Positions 19,283 through 29,821 of a stretch of DNA of 64,000 bases are shown here, in pieces. Numbering within the stretch: position 1 is the first letter of the stretch; each line of letters starts with the position of its first letter. Location of the stretch: positions 39,130 to 103,129 of the forward strand of contig CAJTUZ010000013.1 of the NCBI GenBank assembly GCA_910579735.1. Reading direction: 5' to 3'. The notes beneath the pieces were generated by a model that had not been told where the DNA came from, searched no databases, and saw nothing but the letters and a program-made list of their open reading frames with translations. Source of the DNA: an uncultured Lachnospiraceae bacterium. Lineage in GTDB: Bacteria; Bacillota; Clostridia; Lachnospirales; Lachnospiraceae. Made by a program: the position numbers and the translations under genes.

Positions 19283-20119
19283 ATGAAAATAACCCATGCA
19301 ATAAAAAGAAAAATATTCCAATTCATTGCTTTTGGATACTCGAACGTACACCTGATGAATTTTAAAGACGGCAAAATATATGAAGGAAAGTGGAAACAGT
19401 TCTGCAATCCGGGCCTGAACTGCTATTCCTGTCCGGCCGCCAGCTTTGCCTGCCCGATCGGCGCTCTGCAGGCGGTAAGCGGCTCCATGAACTTCCGTTT
19501 CAGTTTCTATGTGACCGGTCTGTTACTTGCTTTCGGCGTCCTGCTCGGAAGAGCCATCTGCGGCTGGCTGTGTCCTTTTGGTCTGATACAGGAACTGATC
19601 CACAAAATTCCTTCTCCCAAGCTCAAATTGAAACGAGGCTTTGTATATATCAAATATTTCGTGCTCATCGTCTTCGTCATCATCCTGCCGGTCACAGCCA
19701 CCAACTATATGGGCATGGGCAAACCGGCCTTCTGTCAGTTTATCTGCCCGGCAGGCACATTGGAAGGCGGCATTCCGCTTCTTGGCACACATGCGGAACT
19801 GCTGCAGACGATAGGCGGCCTTTTTTTCCTGAAAATGGCAATACTTCTCATAACGATAGCCGGCTGCATTTTCATCTATCGTTTTTTCTGCCGCATACTT
19901 TGTCCGCTCGGCGCTATTTACGGCCTGCTGAATAAAATCAGTATTTACCATCTGAAAGTGGATCCGCATAAATGCATCAACTGCGGAAAATGCAGACAGG
20001 TATGCAGGATGGAAGTAGATCCTGTAAAATCTCCGGACGATGCAGAATGCATCCGCTGCGGTGAATGCCAAAGCGCATGCCCGAAGGGCGCGATCTGTCT
20101 GGGATTTAAGAAGTTTTGA
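19283..20119 (+). CDS. Membrane 4Fe-4S binding protein (polyferredoxin)
   Basis: LNCYSCP..ACPIG, CGWLCPFG, FCQFICPAG, FFCRILCPLG and two CxxCxxCxxxC motifs. Confidence 0.88.
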   Translation: MKITHAIKRKIFQFIAFGYSNVHLMNFKDGKIYEGKWKQFCNPGLNCYSCPAASFACPIGALQAVSGSMNFRFSFYVTGLLLAFGVLLGRAICGWLCPFGLIQELIHKIPSPKLKLKRGFVYIKYFVLIVFVIILPVTATNYMGMGKPAFCQFICPAGTLEGGIPLLGTHAELLQTIGGLFFLKMAILLITIAGCIFIYRFFCRILCPLGAIYGLLNKISIYHLKVDPHKCINCGKCRQVCRMEVDPVKSPDDAECIRCGECQSACPKGAICLGFKKF

Positions 20120-20246
20120 GAAAAATGAGCATATTTTATGGATGTTTATATTGCGGTGGAATAGTCCGGATTTTCTCTTCTTGTCAAGTGCATCCCTCCT
20201 TTGTTAAAATGGTAATATATTCATTTAACGGAGGTTACGCCATACC

Positions 20247-21212
20247 ATGAACAAACGTAGGAAACAGATTATCAAAGAAAACGAAATCTCCATGATGTAT
20301 ACCTTTTCTTTGGGAAAAATACCGCAGAAAGTATTAATAGAAGGAAAAAGAAAAGATCTTCCCGTCGTTATCAGTCTCCACGGCGGCCCCGGAACTCCGG
20401 TCCCTTTTTCTGCCGGATGCAGAGGGTTGTTCCCGATGTTTACGGATCATTTCATTATGGTATACTGGGATCAATTGGGCTGCGGCATCAATAACCGTGA
20501 ACTGAAGCCGCAGTTTTGCGTGGAGGCTTTCACGGAAATGACCATTGATTTGATCGCTGAGATCAGGAAACTTTTCCCCGACAACAAACTAATCCTGTTC
20601 GGCATGTCATGGGGCAGCGTCCTTGCCCTAAAGGCCCTGCAAAAAGCCTGGAAAGACGTTGACGCCACTGTCATCTGGGGACAGGTTCTGCGAAAGCTGC
20701 TGTTAAATGACGAAGTATATAAAACTTTAGAGATAAACGGACTGTCTCACAAAAAAATGCAAAAAATCCGCGCCATTACACCGGAACATTTCCGCGAAAG
20801 CGATATGCGGCTTTTGACCGGAAGCATCCGCAGATATACGGATGGTTACAGCAATAAAAAGGGACTGCGCGCGCCCATCGGCAGCATAATATGCGGATTA
20901 CTGACAAGTCCGGACTATCAATTGAAAGACTTTAAAGCAATTATGATAAACGCAGCGGCTGCAGACGCACATCTTTGGACAGAACTGTTACAGATGGATC
21001 TGACAAACGAGCTGTCTGCTGTAAAGGTTCCTTATTATATTCTACAGGGCGATACCGATATTGTCACATCGACCTCCGACATCGTTAAAGCCGTCGCGTC
21101 CTCCGGCAATTCTTTTCTAAGCTGCCGCATTGTCAAAGACTCAGGACATATACCGGGCAAAGAAGGTATGGATGCCGTATATGAGACTTTAGTAACTGCC
21201 GCGAAAGCATAA
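20247..21212 (+). CDS. Alpha/beta hydrolase (proline iminopeptidase-like)
   Basis: LHGGPG, WDQLGCG, GMSWG nucleophile, QGDTD, SGH. Confidence 0.85.
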   Translation: MNKRRKQIIKENEISMMYTFSLGKIPQKVLIEGKRKDLPVVISLHGGPGTPVPFSAGCRGLFPMFTDHFIMVYWDQLGCGINNRELKPQFCVEAFTEMTIDLIAEIRKLFPDNKLILFGMSWGSVLALKALQKAWKDVDATVIWGQVLRKLLLNDEVYKTLEINGLSHKKMQKIRAITPEHFRESDMRLLTGSIRRYTDGYSNKKGLRAPIGSIICGLLTSPDYQLKDFKAIMINAAAADAHLWTELLQMDLTNELSAVKVPYYILQGDTDIVTSTSDIVKAVASSGNSFLSCRIVKDSGHIPGKEGMDAVYETLVTAAKA

Positions 21213-21256
21213 AAACACCACATGCCAAAAGCAGCTGCAGAAATATATTACCAATG

Positions 21257-21299
21257 AAAAACGGGAAGCCGCATCGTACAGGCTTCCCGTAAATATTTT
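21257..21299. terminator. Terminator between convergent genes
   Basis: ACGGGAAGCC-N10-GGCTTCCCGT flanked by A/T tracts. Confidence 0.75.
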
Positions 21300-21329
21300 C
21301 ATTTCCCGGAAAAAATTCTACTTTCAGGG

Positions 21330-23420
21330 TTATTCCAGTTTAAATTTCGCCGTAACAGCTCCGAGCGCTTTTACCGATTCTTTGCTCTCATTCAGCCTCT
21401 CGTATCCTTCTATTGTACTCTCCACGACTTTAGAAGATTTATCCGCAATGATATTGATTCCTTCGGCCGACTGGCTCATTGTCGTATTGATATCCTCCAC
21501 GGACACTACAATATCGGCAATATAATTATCCAGTTCTTCAATAGCGCTCTTGATCTGATTCATCAGCTCCATATACGATGTTGCGTCTTCATGATACTGT
21601 TCCCCCGAATTTTTGAATGCATCATAATCGGCAATAACTCTTGTCTCCAGGAATCGGATCATCGTATCCATGCAGTCTGTCATATTTTTGACTGCCTCAT
21701 TCACTGCTCCGACAATCTCATTAATATCGTCTACGGCCTTGAATGTCTGTGTTGCAAGCGATCCGATCTCCGTTGCCACAACCGCGAAACCTCTCCCTGC
21801 CTCACCGGCCCTTGCAGCTTCAATATTTGCATTGAGCGCCAGCAGATTGGTCTGATTGGAAATGCTCTTAATGGAATCTGTCAGCTCGTTGATCTTTCCG
21901 ACTGCCTTAGAGTCTTCGATCGCCTTGTCGGATTTTGCCTTAATTTCCTCAAATACCTTAATCGCCTGACTGCTGGAATTCTCCGATGTCTTTTTGATCT
22001 CCTCCGCTCTTGTGAGAATCAGATTGGATTTTGCTTTGCCATCCTCTGTCAGGGCATTGATGCTTTCCGCGTTGTGTTTTACATTTTCTACATTATCCGC
22101 AATATGCATCGTATTCTTTGCCGCCATTTCAATGCCTGCTGCCATTTCCTGCGTTGCCGCTGAATTATCCTCGGAACGTGCATTGTTATCCGACATGATA
22201 TGATCCAGATTGTCAATATTTGACTGTATCGTTTCCTCTGCCTGATTGATCTCGCCGACCATATCACGCAGCGACTGTCTCATCTCCCGCACTTTTCCTG
22301 CCATCTGCCCGATCTCATCCTTGTACCGCAGCAGTAACTGGCTGTCTTTGGTCGGTGTAAAATCAAATTTCGCCGTTTTGCCGATCACCTCCGTAAGCGC
22401 TGTAATCGGTTTCGCAATCAATAAGCTGATAAACAGACCCACGATCACCGCAAAGATGATCGCAGCCAGGCCGCCTGTGCTGGTCTTGACAACGAGTGTG
22501 TTCGTTGTGGCATGAATTTCCTTATCAGGAGCTGTCAGCACAAACTTCATCTGATTATTCAATGATGCATAAATAAGCTGGTTATTTGAATTGTTATATC
22601 GATAGCCGAGAAGCTCACCTTCTCCTTCTCCGGCAGAAATTTTGGCCGCAATATCGCCAAGCTCACCGCTCAGATCACTGAGATTTTGTCCTATTTCCAG
22701 ATCTTTGTGATGCATGATCACACCGTTTGCATCCGTCAGGAATGCATAGCCGCTGTCATAAATATTGACCGCATCCACCGTATTTGTGACCTGATCAAAA
22801 TTAATATCCATACCAACGATTCCTATTGATGTGCCGTCCTCGGCATAAATCGGCACTACATATGAAATCATATAAACATTTACATTCTCATTTAAATACG
22901 GAGCCATCCAAAGAGGCTGCTTATTTTCAACCGGAAGATAATACCAGCCCACGTGCGCATAATCTGTCGGCTCATACATAGAGAAGTCCGTCGGCTCCAC
23001 CGTATAGAAATCCTCCTGCAGTGACTCACGCATGAAAAAGCAGCCGGAAGTAGGATTGGAATATTCGGGGTTGTATCGTATATAAACCGAAATCGCACCA
23101 TCCGTATGTACCGCAAAATCATTCACAATAGATTGTATCTGTTCCGTAAATCCGTCTGCATATGCCTTATCCGCAAAAAAGGCGTCCGCATCCAATTCCC
23201 CCACGACATAATCACTCAAAGTATTCACTGACTGCTCTATACATGCAATCCAACCGTTTAACTCTGTCGTCCTGTTCTGTGCTTCCATCTTCATGCTCTG
23301 TTCGGCATACTCTGCGGTTGCCTGTTTGGTAACTCCGATAGATACCAGTTCCGTAATGGCTGACGCCAGGAAAGTACACAACAGAATACATAAAGTAAGC
23401 TTTGTCTTGATTGATTTCAT
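21330..23420 (-). CDS. Methyl-accepting chemotaxis protein (dCache sensor)
   Basis: Two TMs, WY..P..PLWMAPY Cache motif, [27 protein letters not shown]. Confidence 0.93.
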   Translation of the reverse strand: MKSIKTKLTLCILLCTFLASAITELVSIGVTKQATAEYAEQSMKMEAQNRTTELNGWIACIEQSVNTLSDYVVGELDADAFFADKAYADGFTEQIQSIVNDFAVHTDGAISVYIRYNPEYSNPTSGCFFMRESLQEDFYTVEPTDFSMYEPTDYAHVGWYYLPVENKQPLWMAPYLNENVNVYMISYVVPIYAEDGTSIGIVGMDINFDQVTNTVDAVNIYDSGYAFLTDANGVIMHHKDLEIGQNLSDLSGELGDIAAKISAGEGEGELLGYRYNNSNNQLIYASLNNQMKFVLTAPDKEIHATTNTLVVKTSTGGLAAIIFAVIVGLFISLLIAKPITALTEVIGKTAKFDFTPTKDSQLLLRYKDEIGQMAGKVREMRQSLRDMVGEINQAEETIQSNIDNLDHIMSDNNARSEDNSAATQEMAAGIEMAAKNTMHIADNVENVKHNAESINALTEDGKAKSNLILTRAEEIKKTSENSSSQAIKVFEEIKAKSDKAIEDSKAVGKINELTDSIKSISNQTNLLALNANIEAARAGEAGRGFAVVATEIGSLATQTFKAVDDINEIVGAVNEAVKNMTDCMDTMIRFLETRVIADYDAFKNSGEQYHEDATSYMELMNQIKSAIEELDNYIADIVVSVEDINTTMSQSAEGINIIADKSSKVVESTIEGYERLNESKESVKALGAVTAKFKLE

Positions 23421-23472
23421 ATTTTCCTCCTGTCTTATCGCTTTTCTGCTGTATTTGATCTATATGAAACTA

Positions 23473-23502
23473 ATTATAGTATACTTAGACTGTCCCATTC
23501 AA
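23473..23502 (-). promoter_or_regulatory. Putative sigma-A promoter of the MCP gene
   Basis: TTGAAT-18bp-TATAAT. Confidence 0.5.
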
Positions 23503-23587
23503 GCCTCAATCTCTGAAAATACAGAAACCTGGGATGGCAAAATCAACTGCCGGTCCATATCGGAACCGTATATTTGCAAATATCCCC

Positions 23588-23630
23588 TCGACGAAAAAAT
23601 AAAACGATGTTATAATTAGAATAATTCTAA
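23588..23630 (+). promoter_or_regulatory. Promoter plus Per/Fur box
   Basis: Extended -10 TGtTATAAT (23608-23616); perfect 7-1-7 palindrome TTAGAAT-A-ATTCTAA at 23616-23630, similar to the Bacillus Per box TTATAATNATTATAA. Confidence 0.8.
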
Positions 23631-23648
23631 AGCAAGGAGGGTGGAAAG

Positions 23649-24008
23649 GTGAGCCGGTACGCAGAACTGATCCTGGAACTGATCAATCAGACGACGAAAC
23701 ATATGACTGCAGAGCAGATCTTTCTTGAACTGAAAAAAACAGAGCCTAAAGTCGTTCAGGCAACGGTATACAATAACCTGAATACTTTGTGCCAGCAAGG
23801 TCTTATACGGAAACTGTCTATAGAAAACTCCCCTGACCGCTATGATAAAATCCGTAAGCATGACCACCTTGTGTGCAAAAAATGCGGTGTTTTATCCGAT
23901 ATCAGCTTTGAAGATCTGACGAAACAGCTGGAGAAACAGCTTGGAGAAGAAATTCTGTCCTATGATCTGAAAGTATTGTATCTTTGTTCAAAATGCAGAA
24001 AAAAATAA
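23649..24008 (+). CDS. perR: Fur-family peroxide regulator (PerR-like)
   Basis: HMTAEQI, ATVYNNL, RYD..HDHLVCKKCG, CSKC; upstream of rubrerythrin. Confidence 0.8.
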   Translation: MSRYAELILELINQTTKHMTAEQIFLELKKTEPKVVQATVYNNLNTLCQQGLIRKLSIENSPDRYDKIRKHDHLVCKKCGVLSDISFEDLTKQLEKQLGEEILSYDLKVLYLCSKCRKK

Positions 24009-24024
24009 AAAGGAGGGATTTACC

Positions 24025-25440
24025 ATGATTTACAAATGCAGTATCTGCGGATATGAATATGATGAGGAAAAAGAGGGAAAACCGTTTTCCGAATTGACGG
24101 CATGTCCTGTCTGCAAACAGCCGCCGGAGAAATTTGAAGCGCAGGGAACCCCGAAGAATACAGCCGCTCCGGCTAAATCCGAAGACAGACCCGCTTCTGT
24201 TAACAGCGAAGGGCTGAAATTGGACTATCCGCCGGAAACCCGAAAGACAGACAGCAATTACCGTTACATGAAAGAAATACATGAAATGGCTGTTACCGGG
24301 AAATCGGCGATCGAATCAATGGGTACACAGATGAAGATGCCAGACTGGGACGATGTTCTTGTACTCGGCGCGCAGTTAAATCCGATGCCATTGGATGAAC
24401 ATGCAGACGTATCTTTGAAAACGGTCATCGGAAAACACGCCAAAAAGCCAATGATCCTTGACATGCCGGTCTACATTTCACATATGTCCTTCGGCGCGCT
24501 CTCCAAAGAGACGAAGATCTCCCTGGCGAAAGGAAGCGCCGCGGCCGGTACGGCAATGTGCAGCGGCGAGGGCGGTATTTTGCCGGAAGAAAAAGAAGCG
24601 TCTTATCGATATATTTTTGAATACGTGCCCAATCTGTATAGTGTTACGGATGAGAACCTGAAAACTTCCGATGCCATTGAGATCAAGATCGGACAGGGAA
24701 CCAAACCGGGCATGGGCGGCCATTTACCCGGCAGCAAAGTAACGCCTGAAATTGCAGAGATCCGGAATAAACCGCTTGGAGAAGATGTCATCAGTCCTTC
24801 GAAGTTCCCCGGAATCAACAATGCCGACGACTTAAAAAATCTGGTAAGCGAGCTGCGTATGCGAAGCGAAGGACGGCCGATCGGTATTAAGATTGCCGCA
24901 GGACGGATTGAAAAAGATCTGGAATTCTGCGTTCATGCCGAACCGGATTTCATTACCATTGACGGACGGGGCGGCGCAACAGGTGCATCCCCCGCCATTA
25001 TAAGGGATTCCACCAGCGTTCCCACAATCTATGCGCTCTATCGTGCAAGGAAATATCTTGACGCCATTCACTCGGACATTGATCTGGTCATTACCGGCGG
25101 CCTCAGAGTATCTTCCGATTTTGCCAAGGCAATCGCTATGGGCGCAGATGCCGTAGCAATCGCTTCCGCCGCTATGGTAGCAGCTGCCTGCCAGCAGTAT
25201 CGTATCTGCGGTACGGGCATGTGTCCGGTAGGGATCGCTACACAGGACGAAAAACTGCGTGAACGATTACATATTGACGCTGCTGCCAAACGGGTAGAGA
25301 ACTATCTGAAATGTTCCGCAGAAGAGTTAAAAACATTTGCAAGGATTACAGGCAACGCCGATATTCATGGCCTATCGGTTGATGATCTTTGTACAATCAG
25401 CGACGAAATAGCAAACCACACCAATATTGCACACGCATAA
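24025..25440 (+). CDS. Rubredoxin domain fused to glutamate-synthase FMN domain
   Basis: [55 protein letters not shown] 3Fe-4S motif. Confidence 0.88.
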   Translation: MIYKCSICGYEYDEEKEGKPFSELTACPVCKQPPEKFEAQGTPKNTAAPAKSEDRPASVNSEGLKLDYPPETRKTDSNYRYMKEIHEMAVTGKSAIESMGTQMKMPDWDDVLVLGAQLNPMPLDEHADVSLKTVIGKHAKKPMILDMPVYISHMSFGALSKETKISLAKGSAAAGTAMCSGEGGILPEEKEASYRYIFEYVPNLYSVTDENLKTSDAIEIKIGQGTKPGMGGHLPGSKVTPEIAEIRNKPLGEDVISPSKFPGINNADDLKNLVSELRMRSEGRPIGIKIAAGRIEKDLEFCVHAEPDFITIDGRGGATGASPAIIRDSTSVPTIYALYRARKYLDAIHSDIDLVITGGLRVSSDFAKAIAMGADAVAIASAAMVAAACQQYRICGTGMCPVGIATQDEKLRERLHIDAAAKRVENYLKCSAEELKTFARITGNADIHGLSVDDLCTISDEIANHTNIAHA

Positions 25441-25495
25441 GGCACAGATGTACCGACAGCGTATGTATTATTTTATATCATCAAGGAGGAAAAAA

Positions 25496-26038
25496 ATGGA
25501 AAAAACAAAGTATGCAGGAACACAGACAGAAAAAAACTTAGAGGCGGCATTTGCCGGGGAATCACAGGCAAGAAATAAGTACACTTATTTTGCTTCCGCA
25601 GCGAAAAAAGAAGGTTATGAGCAAATTGCAGCGCTGTTCTTGAAAACGGCAGACAATGAAAAAGAACATGCCAAAATGTGGTTAAAAGAATTAAAAGGAA
25701 TCGGCAATACAAAGGAAAATCTTGCAGCAGCCGCAGATGGGGAAAACTTTGAATGGACAGATATGTATGAAGATTTTGCCAAAACGGCAGAGGCAGAAGG
25801 CTTCCCCGAACTTGCCGCAAAATTCAGGCTGGTAGGTGCAATCGAGAAACACCACGAAGAAAGATACCGCGCTTTGCTTAAGAATATCGAGACAGCCTCC
25901 GTATTTGAAAAGAGCGAAGTAAAGGTATGGGAATGCCGTAACTGCGGCCACATCATCGTCGGAACCAAGGCACCCGAAGTCTGCCCGACCTGCAATCATC
26001 CGCAGAGTTATTTCGAGGTACATGAAGAAAATTACTGA
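25496..26038 (+). CDS. rbr: Rubrerythrin
   Basis: [29 protein letters not shown]-terminal CRNCG..CPTC. Confidence 0.93.
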   Translation: MEKTKYAGTQTEKNLEAAFAGESQARNKYTYFASAAKKEGYEQIAALFLKTADNEKEHAKMWLKELKGIGNTKENLAAAADGENFEWTDMYEDFAKTAEAEGFPELAAKFRLVGAIEKHHEERYRALLKNIETASVFEKSEVKVWECRNCGHIIVGTKAPEVCPTCNHPQSYFEVHEENY

Positions 26039-26060
26039 TCCGCTCAGTCAGGCGCAAAAG

Positions 26061-26099
26061 AAAAAAAGACAGCGGGGCGTTTTCGTCCCTCTGTCTCTT
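26061..26099. terminator. Terminator between rbr and the REase gene
   Basis: AGACAGCGGGGCG-tttt-CGTCCCTCTGTCT imperfect stem with A/T flanks. Confidence 0.6.
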
Positions 26100-27690
26100 A
26101 ACAGTGCAATTCTTTATTCACCAGCTCCCCAATCTCCACAATTTCCTGAATCTTTTCCGTAAACCCGTCGATCGTGTAAGTAACGATGTCCAGATTATCT
26201 TTATGCTTATACCACTCCGCCATCTCCTTCGCGTCCTCATGCACCACCGGCGCAATAAATACGGAAAACGTCTTTTCAAAGTTTTGTTTCTCATCCCGCA
26301 AGTGTCTGCGGATCGGTACGATCTCATTATTGACCTGATCCTGCCGTCCCCGCATGAGCGTCACTTCCAAAAGTCCCTGATATTCTCCATCCCGGCAGAC
26401 AATATCCGCCATCCCGCCGGATGCCGTATTCGTCGGCAGACCTTCGTCATCAATCGTATAATTCGGTGTCACGTCCAGATTTTCAAAATGCTGCACCATG
26501 GCAATGCTTGTCAGAAATTCCAGCCGCACCGGTCCCGGCAGGAGTTTTAACATATCGTCCGTACTTGCCTGTTTATTGCCCACCTTGTGCAGTTCCCTGC
26601 GTACCGACTCTTTGGAATACATGTCCGCAAACTTCCGCAGGACTGCCTTTCTTAACTCTGTCGTATCCGCAGGCGCCGTGCCTGTCATATGAATGACAGT
26701 CGTGTCAACTTTTCCCATATAGGCGAAATATTCATCCTGAGAGGCAAACGTTTTGCATTCGGCATACTGCTGCAGGATATAATCGATCTTTTCGATCTCC
26801 CACATATTATAGTCGATAAACCTTCCGTTTCCCCTTAACGAAATGACCCCTGTCGTACGCATCTTACGGATGTATTCGTCTATCGCTTCCCCGCATATCT
26901 GTGAAAGTTTAAAGCGGTTTCTCTGCTCATCCGTTGCTCCAAGCAGTTCCAGGCAGATCTCATACATATATTCGTCGCTGTAGGAAAAACCCTTCTCTTT
27001 TCTGATCTCTTTGATTTTTCGATATAATGCTGCTGCGTCATGATCCCGCCAGCAGATAAAAAGACTTAACTCCTGTCTGAATACGCCCGCCCCGTTTTCT
27101 TCTGCATCTTCTTTTAGCAGCTTCAATACCTGCAGCAGCAGAATAAAGGGAATATTGACATTGGCATTTTTCCGGTAAGGATTGTTACTCTGGTATTTCA
27201 TCATGGAATTGAGAAAGACCATTTGGATCATTTCTTCATCCGTTTCCTCTTTTTGCAGCGCGTCGATCAGCATATGTCCCGTCACGGATATCCTGATCGG
27301 TTCTTTCATAGCATACCTGACAAACCCGAATTCCATCGGCAGCTTGAAAATCGTGTCAAATCTGGAATCCCAGCCATAGTCGAATCCTGCCTCTTTGTGA
27401 TTCTGCGGACTGTTGGCAATGATTCCGTCTATCTGTTCTTCGGAATAAGTCTCTTCTTCACTCTTATAAATGCGGACAAGTTCCGGCACTCTTTTCACAT
27501 AATTCGGTGTATACAGCTTAGTCCTGATCGCGTTTCGTATGATCTGCATAATGACATCATGCGTAAGCATCTTCCCCTCATAAGGCAGAAGACAGTTTAA
27601 GAAACTGACAATTCTGTTAGGATTACGCATCGTTGTTGAAAACGACAGCGGTTTTCTCTCCGGCTTACGCCCCGTCTTTTGGCTATGCAT
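26098..27690 (-). CDS. AlwI-family type II restriction endonuclease
   Basis: N-terminal SFSTTMRNPNR; catalytic IDDEGLP..ASGGMADI..LLEVTL..E..PIRRH; downstream of two MTases. Confidence 0.85.
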   Translation of the reverse strand: MHSQKTGRKPERKPLSFSTTMRNPNRIVSFLNCLLPYEGKMLTHDVIMQIIRNAIRTKLYTPNYVKRVPELVRIYKSEEETYSEEQIDGIIANSPQNHKEAGFDYGWDSRFDTIFKLPMEFGFVRYAMKEPIRISVTGHMLIDALQKEETDEEMIQMVFLNSMMKYQSNNPYRKNANVNIPFILLLQVLKLLKEDAEENGAGVFRQELSLFICWRDHDAAALYRKIKEIRKEKGFSYSDEYMYEICLELLGATDEQRNRFKLSQICGEAIDEYIRKMRTTGVISLRGNGRFIDYNMWEIEKIDYILQQYAECKTFASQDEYFAYMGKVDTTVIHMTGTAPADTTELRKAVLRKFADMYSKESVRRELHKVGNKQASTDDMLKLLPGPVRLEFLTSIAMVQHFENLDVTPNYTIDDEGLPTNTASGGMADIVCRDGEYQGLLEVTLMRGRQDQVNNEIVPIRRHLRDEKQNFEKTFSVFIAPVVHEDAKEMAEWYKHKDNLDIVTYTIDGFTEKIQEIVEIGELVNKELHC

Positions 27691-28600
27691 AATTTGTTAC
27701 GAATACCTCCTGTGAATCCGCTTTTATCGTATTGTCGTTAAAACTGATATAATTACTTTTCACATCATAGGCCCGGTACTTTTTAGACCAGTCCAGAAAC
27801 CGCCCGTTTACTTTGCCTTTGTGTGTGATCAGATTCGTGATGCCGAACATAATGCCTCTTTCCTGTAAGGAATCCAGATACATACACAGTTCATCTTCTT
27901 TTTTATCATTCCAGAGCTTGTTATATTCGCTCATGGAAATCAGATACGGCGGATCCAGGAATACATAAGTGTCTTTCTCATAAGATATGCTTTCCAGAAA
28001 AGCTATATAATCCCTGTTAAAGAAAGTCAGTTCATGCTGCCCTGCAAACTCCAGATAATGGCAGAGCGCCTGGTATACATTGCCGTTAAAGTCCACGTTA
28101 CCGACCGGCAGATTAAAATCTCCTCTGTCGTTAAACCGGATCATATGGTTAAATCCATATATTAACAGTAAGTACAGCCGCAGGAAATCTCCTTTATCGT
28201 CATTAAAATCCTGACGCATTTTCACATAAGCTTCTTTGTTATATTTGGAATAATATGTCTTCACATACTTTTTCTTCAACTCATCCGGCACACAAATGCC
28301 CCTGTAGGAACAGGAGAGTCCGTAAAAGTCGATCAGCTCAAATAACTGTCCAAACAACTGCTCCGCCCGGCCGGCATAGCTTCCGATCTGTCTGTGCAGT
28401 TCCACCACATAGAAATCGATATCATTTAGCAGATAAGAAGTCCCCTGTGAATTCAGAAAGGAGCTGCCGCCGCCTACGAACGGTTCGATATACTGCCCGA
28501 TATGCTTCGGCATTAACTGCTTTAGCTGGGGCATCAGCTTATACTTATCGCCCACATAGAAAAAAGGAGATCTGATCGTCCGCTTTTTCTCCGTATTCAT
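27683..28600 (-). CDS. Dam-like (D12 class) N6-adenine DNA methyltransferase
   Basis: SPFFYVGDKYKL, YIEPFVGGGS, FNLPVG, FLDPPY. ATG 28600 behind AGGAG. Confidence 0.9.
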   Translation of the reverse strand: MNTEKKRTIRSPFFYVGDKYKLMPQLKQLMPKHIGQYIEPFVGGGSSFLNSQGTSYLLNDIDFYVVELHRQIGSYAGRAEQLFGQLFELIDFYGLSCSYRGICVPDELKKKYVKTYYSKYNKEAYVKMRQDFNDDKGDFLRLYLLLIYGFNHMIRFNDRGDFNLPVGNVDFNGNVYQALCHYLEFAGQHELTFFNRDYIAFLESISYEKDTYVFLDPPYLISMSEYNKLWNDKKEDELCMYLDSLQERGIMFGITNLITHKGKVNGRFLDWSKKYRAYDVKSNYISFNDNTIKADSQEVFVTNYA

Positions 28601-28694
28601 GGTATTTCTCCTTTTCTCATAAACCTGCATAACCTGCAGAATTTCCTGACCGGTACATTCGGCCGATATACGCCATACGCCCGTCATTACCGGC

Positions 28695-29699
28695 CTACGT
28701 TCCGGTTTCTGTTATAAAGACAAATTCCTTATGATCGTCAAATTCCGTCTTTCCGGCGTTAAAGCAGGGATGCTTTTTCTCAAAAATTTCCGTACTGCCT
28801 TTTGCTTCCAGAATTTCCCGGATCTCTTCCAGCGTAATCTTATTCCTGGACGAGCTGCTCTTGGAATGATAAGTATTATTATAAGTTACCACAATATAGC
28901 GCACATCCAGATTTTTAATAAGATCCGCAAATACTTTCGGCGCACTGTTCCGGCAATAGTCGCTCATATTTTCGACCGGCGGCTTCAGCGCCGTCCCCTC
29001 TAAGATCGGTTTCTTCCACTGGACTATGTTTTCCAAAACATGATAAAACCGGCTGTACTGTCTGCTGTTATAAGGCGGATCAATAAACGCGATATCCGCT
29101 TTTACTTTTTTCACAAGCTCATTGGCATCTTCCCTGTAGATCGTAAACCCGGCATCCGTCTGCTCCGGCTCGATCAGTTCGAAAACAAACCTGTCCGCGA
29201 TCGTTCCGATCTTGCGGTAAGCATCATAATGGCCCACCGTATTGGCCACCTTATCCATAGAATATATAAGTGATGACAACAGGATAGCATATTCCCTGTC
29301 CGATAAAACTCCCTTGGAAGACGCAAGCGTTTCCCTGATCTCTCCGATCAGCTGCGCATCCTTCGGCGAAAAATATTTCCCGCCGAAATTTTCGGAAACA
29401 TAATTCTCCGGCAGATCTTTTTCTGCAAACTGCCTGAACTTTTCCTTATAATCCGCCAGAACCGCTTCCCGGTACTCTCCGTCTCCGAAAAATCCGTTAT
29501 AAATAATCTCGTTGGAAAACAGAAAATCATTGACGATCATCCGGCGGTAATGCTTTTTCATGCGGTCGCTTACCACACCGGTACCCGCAAACACATCAAA
29601 AAAAACATCCCCTTCACAATGAGTCAGTATCAATTCCTCTATCCAATCGAGCAGCTTATACTTACTGCCGGTATACCTTCTGTTACTGATATGATACAT
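28695..29699 (-). CDS. D12-class N6-adenine DNA methyltransferase (FokI-N-half-like)
   Basis: NRRYTGSKYKL, FFDVFAGTGVV, IDPPYNSRQY..YHVLE. Confidence 0.9.
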   Translation of the reverse strand: MYHISNRRYTGSKYKLLDWIEELILTHCEGDVFFDVFAGTGVVSDRMKKHYRRMIVNDFLFSNEIIYNGFFGDGEYREAVLADYKEKFRQFAEKDLPENYVSENFGGKYFSPKDAQLIGEIRETLASSKGVLSDREYAILLSSLIYSMDKVANTVGHYDAYRKIGTIADRFVFELIEPEQTDAGFTIYREDANELVKKVKADIAFIDPPYNSRQYSRFYHVLENIVQWKKPILEGTALKPPVENMSDYCRNSAPKVFADLIKNLDVRYIVVTYNNTYHSKSSSSRNKITLEEIREILEAKGSTEIFEKKHPCFNAGKTEFDDHKEFVFITETGT

Positions 29700-29821
29700 A
29701 TAAATAACCGTGCCTTTCTATCAATCTGCCATAGCTGCTGCCTGAGGCCGCTTCTTTTTCCGGCCCGGATAGCCGTTCACTTCCAGACAGTATATTTCAC
29801 ACTGTTCCCTTATCAGTCATT

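Noticed and set aside
23425..23465. Sigma-28 promoter for the MCP gene (GCGATAA)
   Set aside because: No correctly spaced TAAA and it abuts the SD; a sigma-A-like promoter lies upstream
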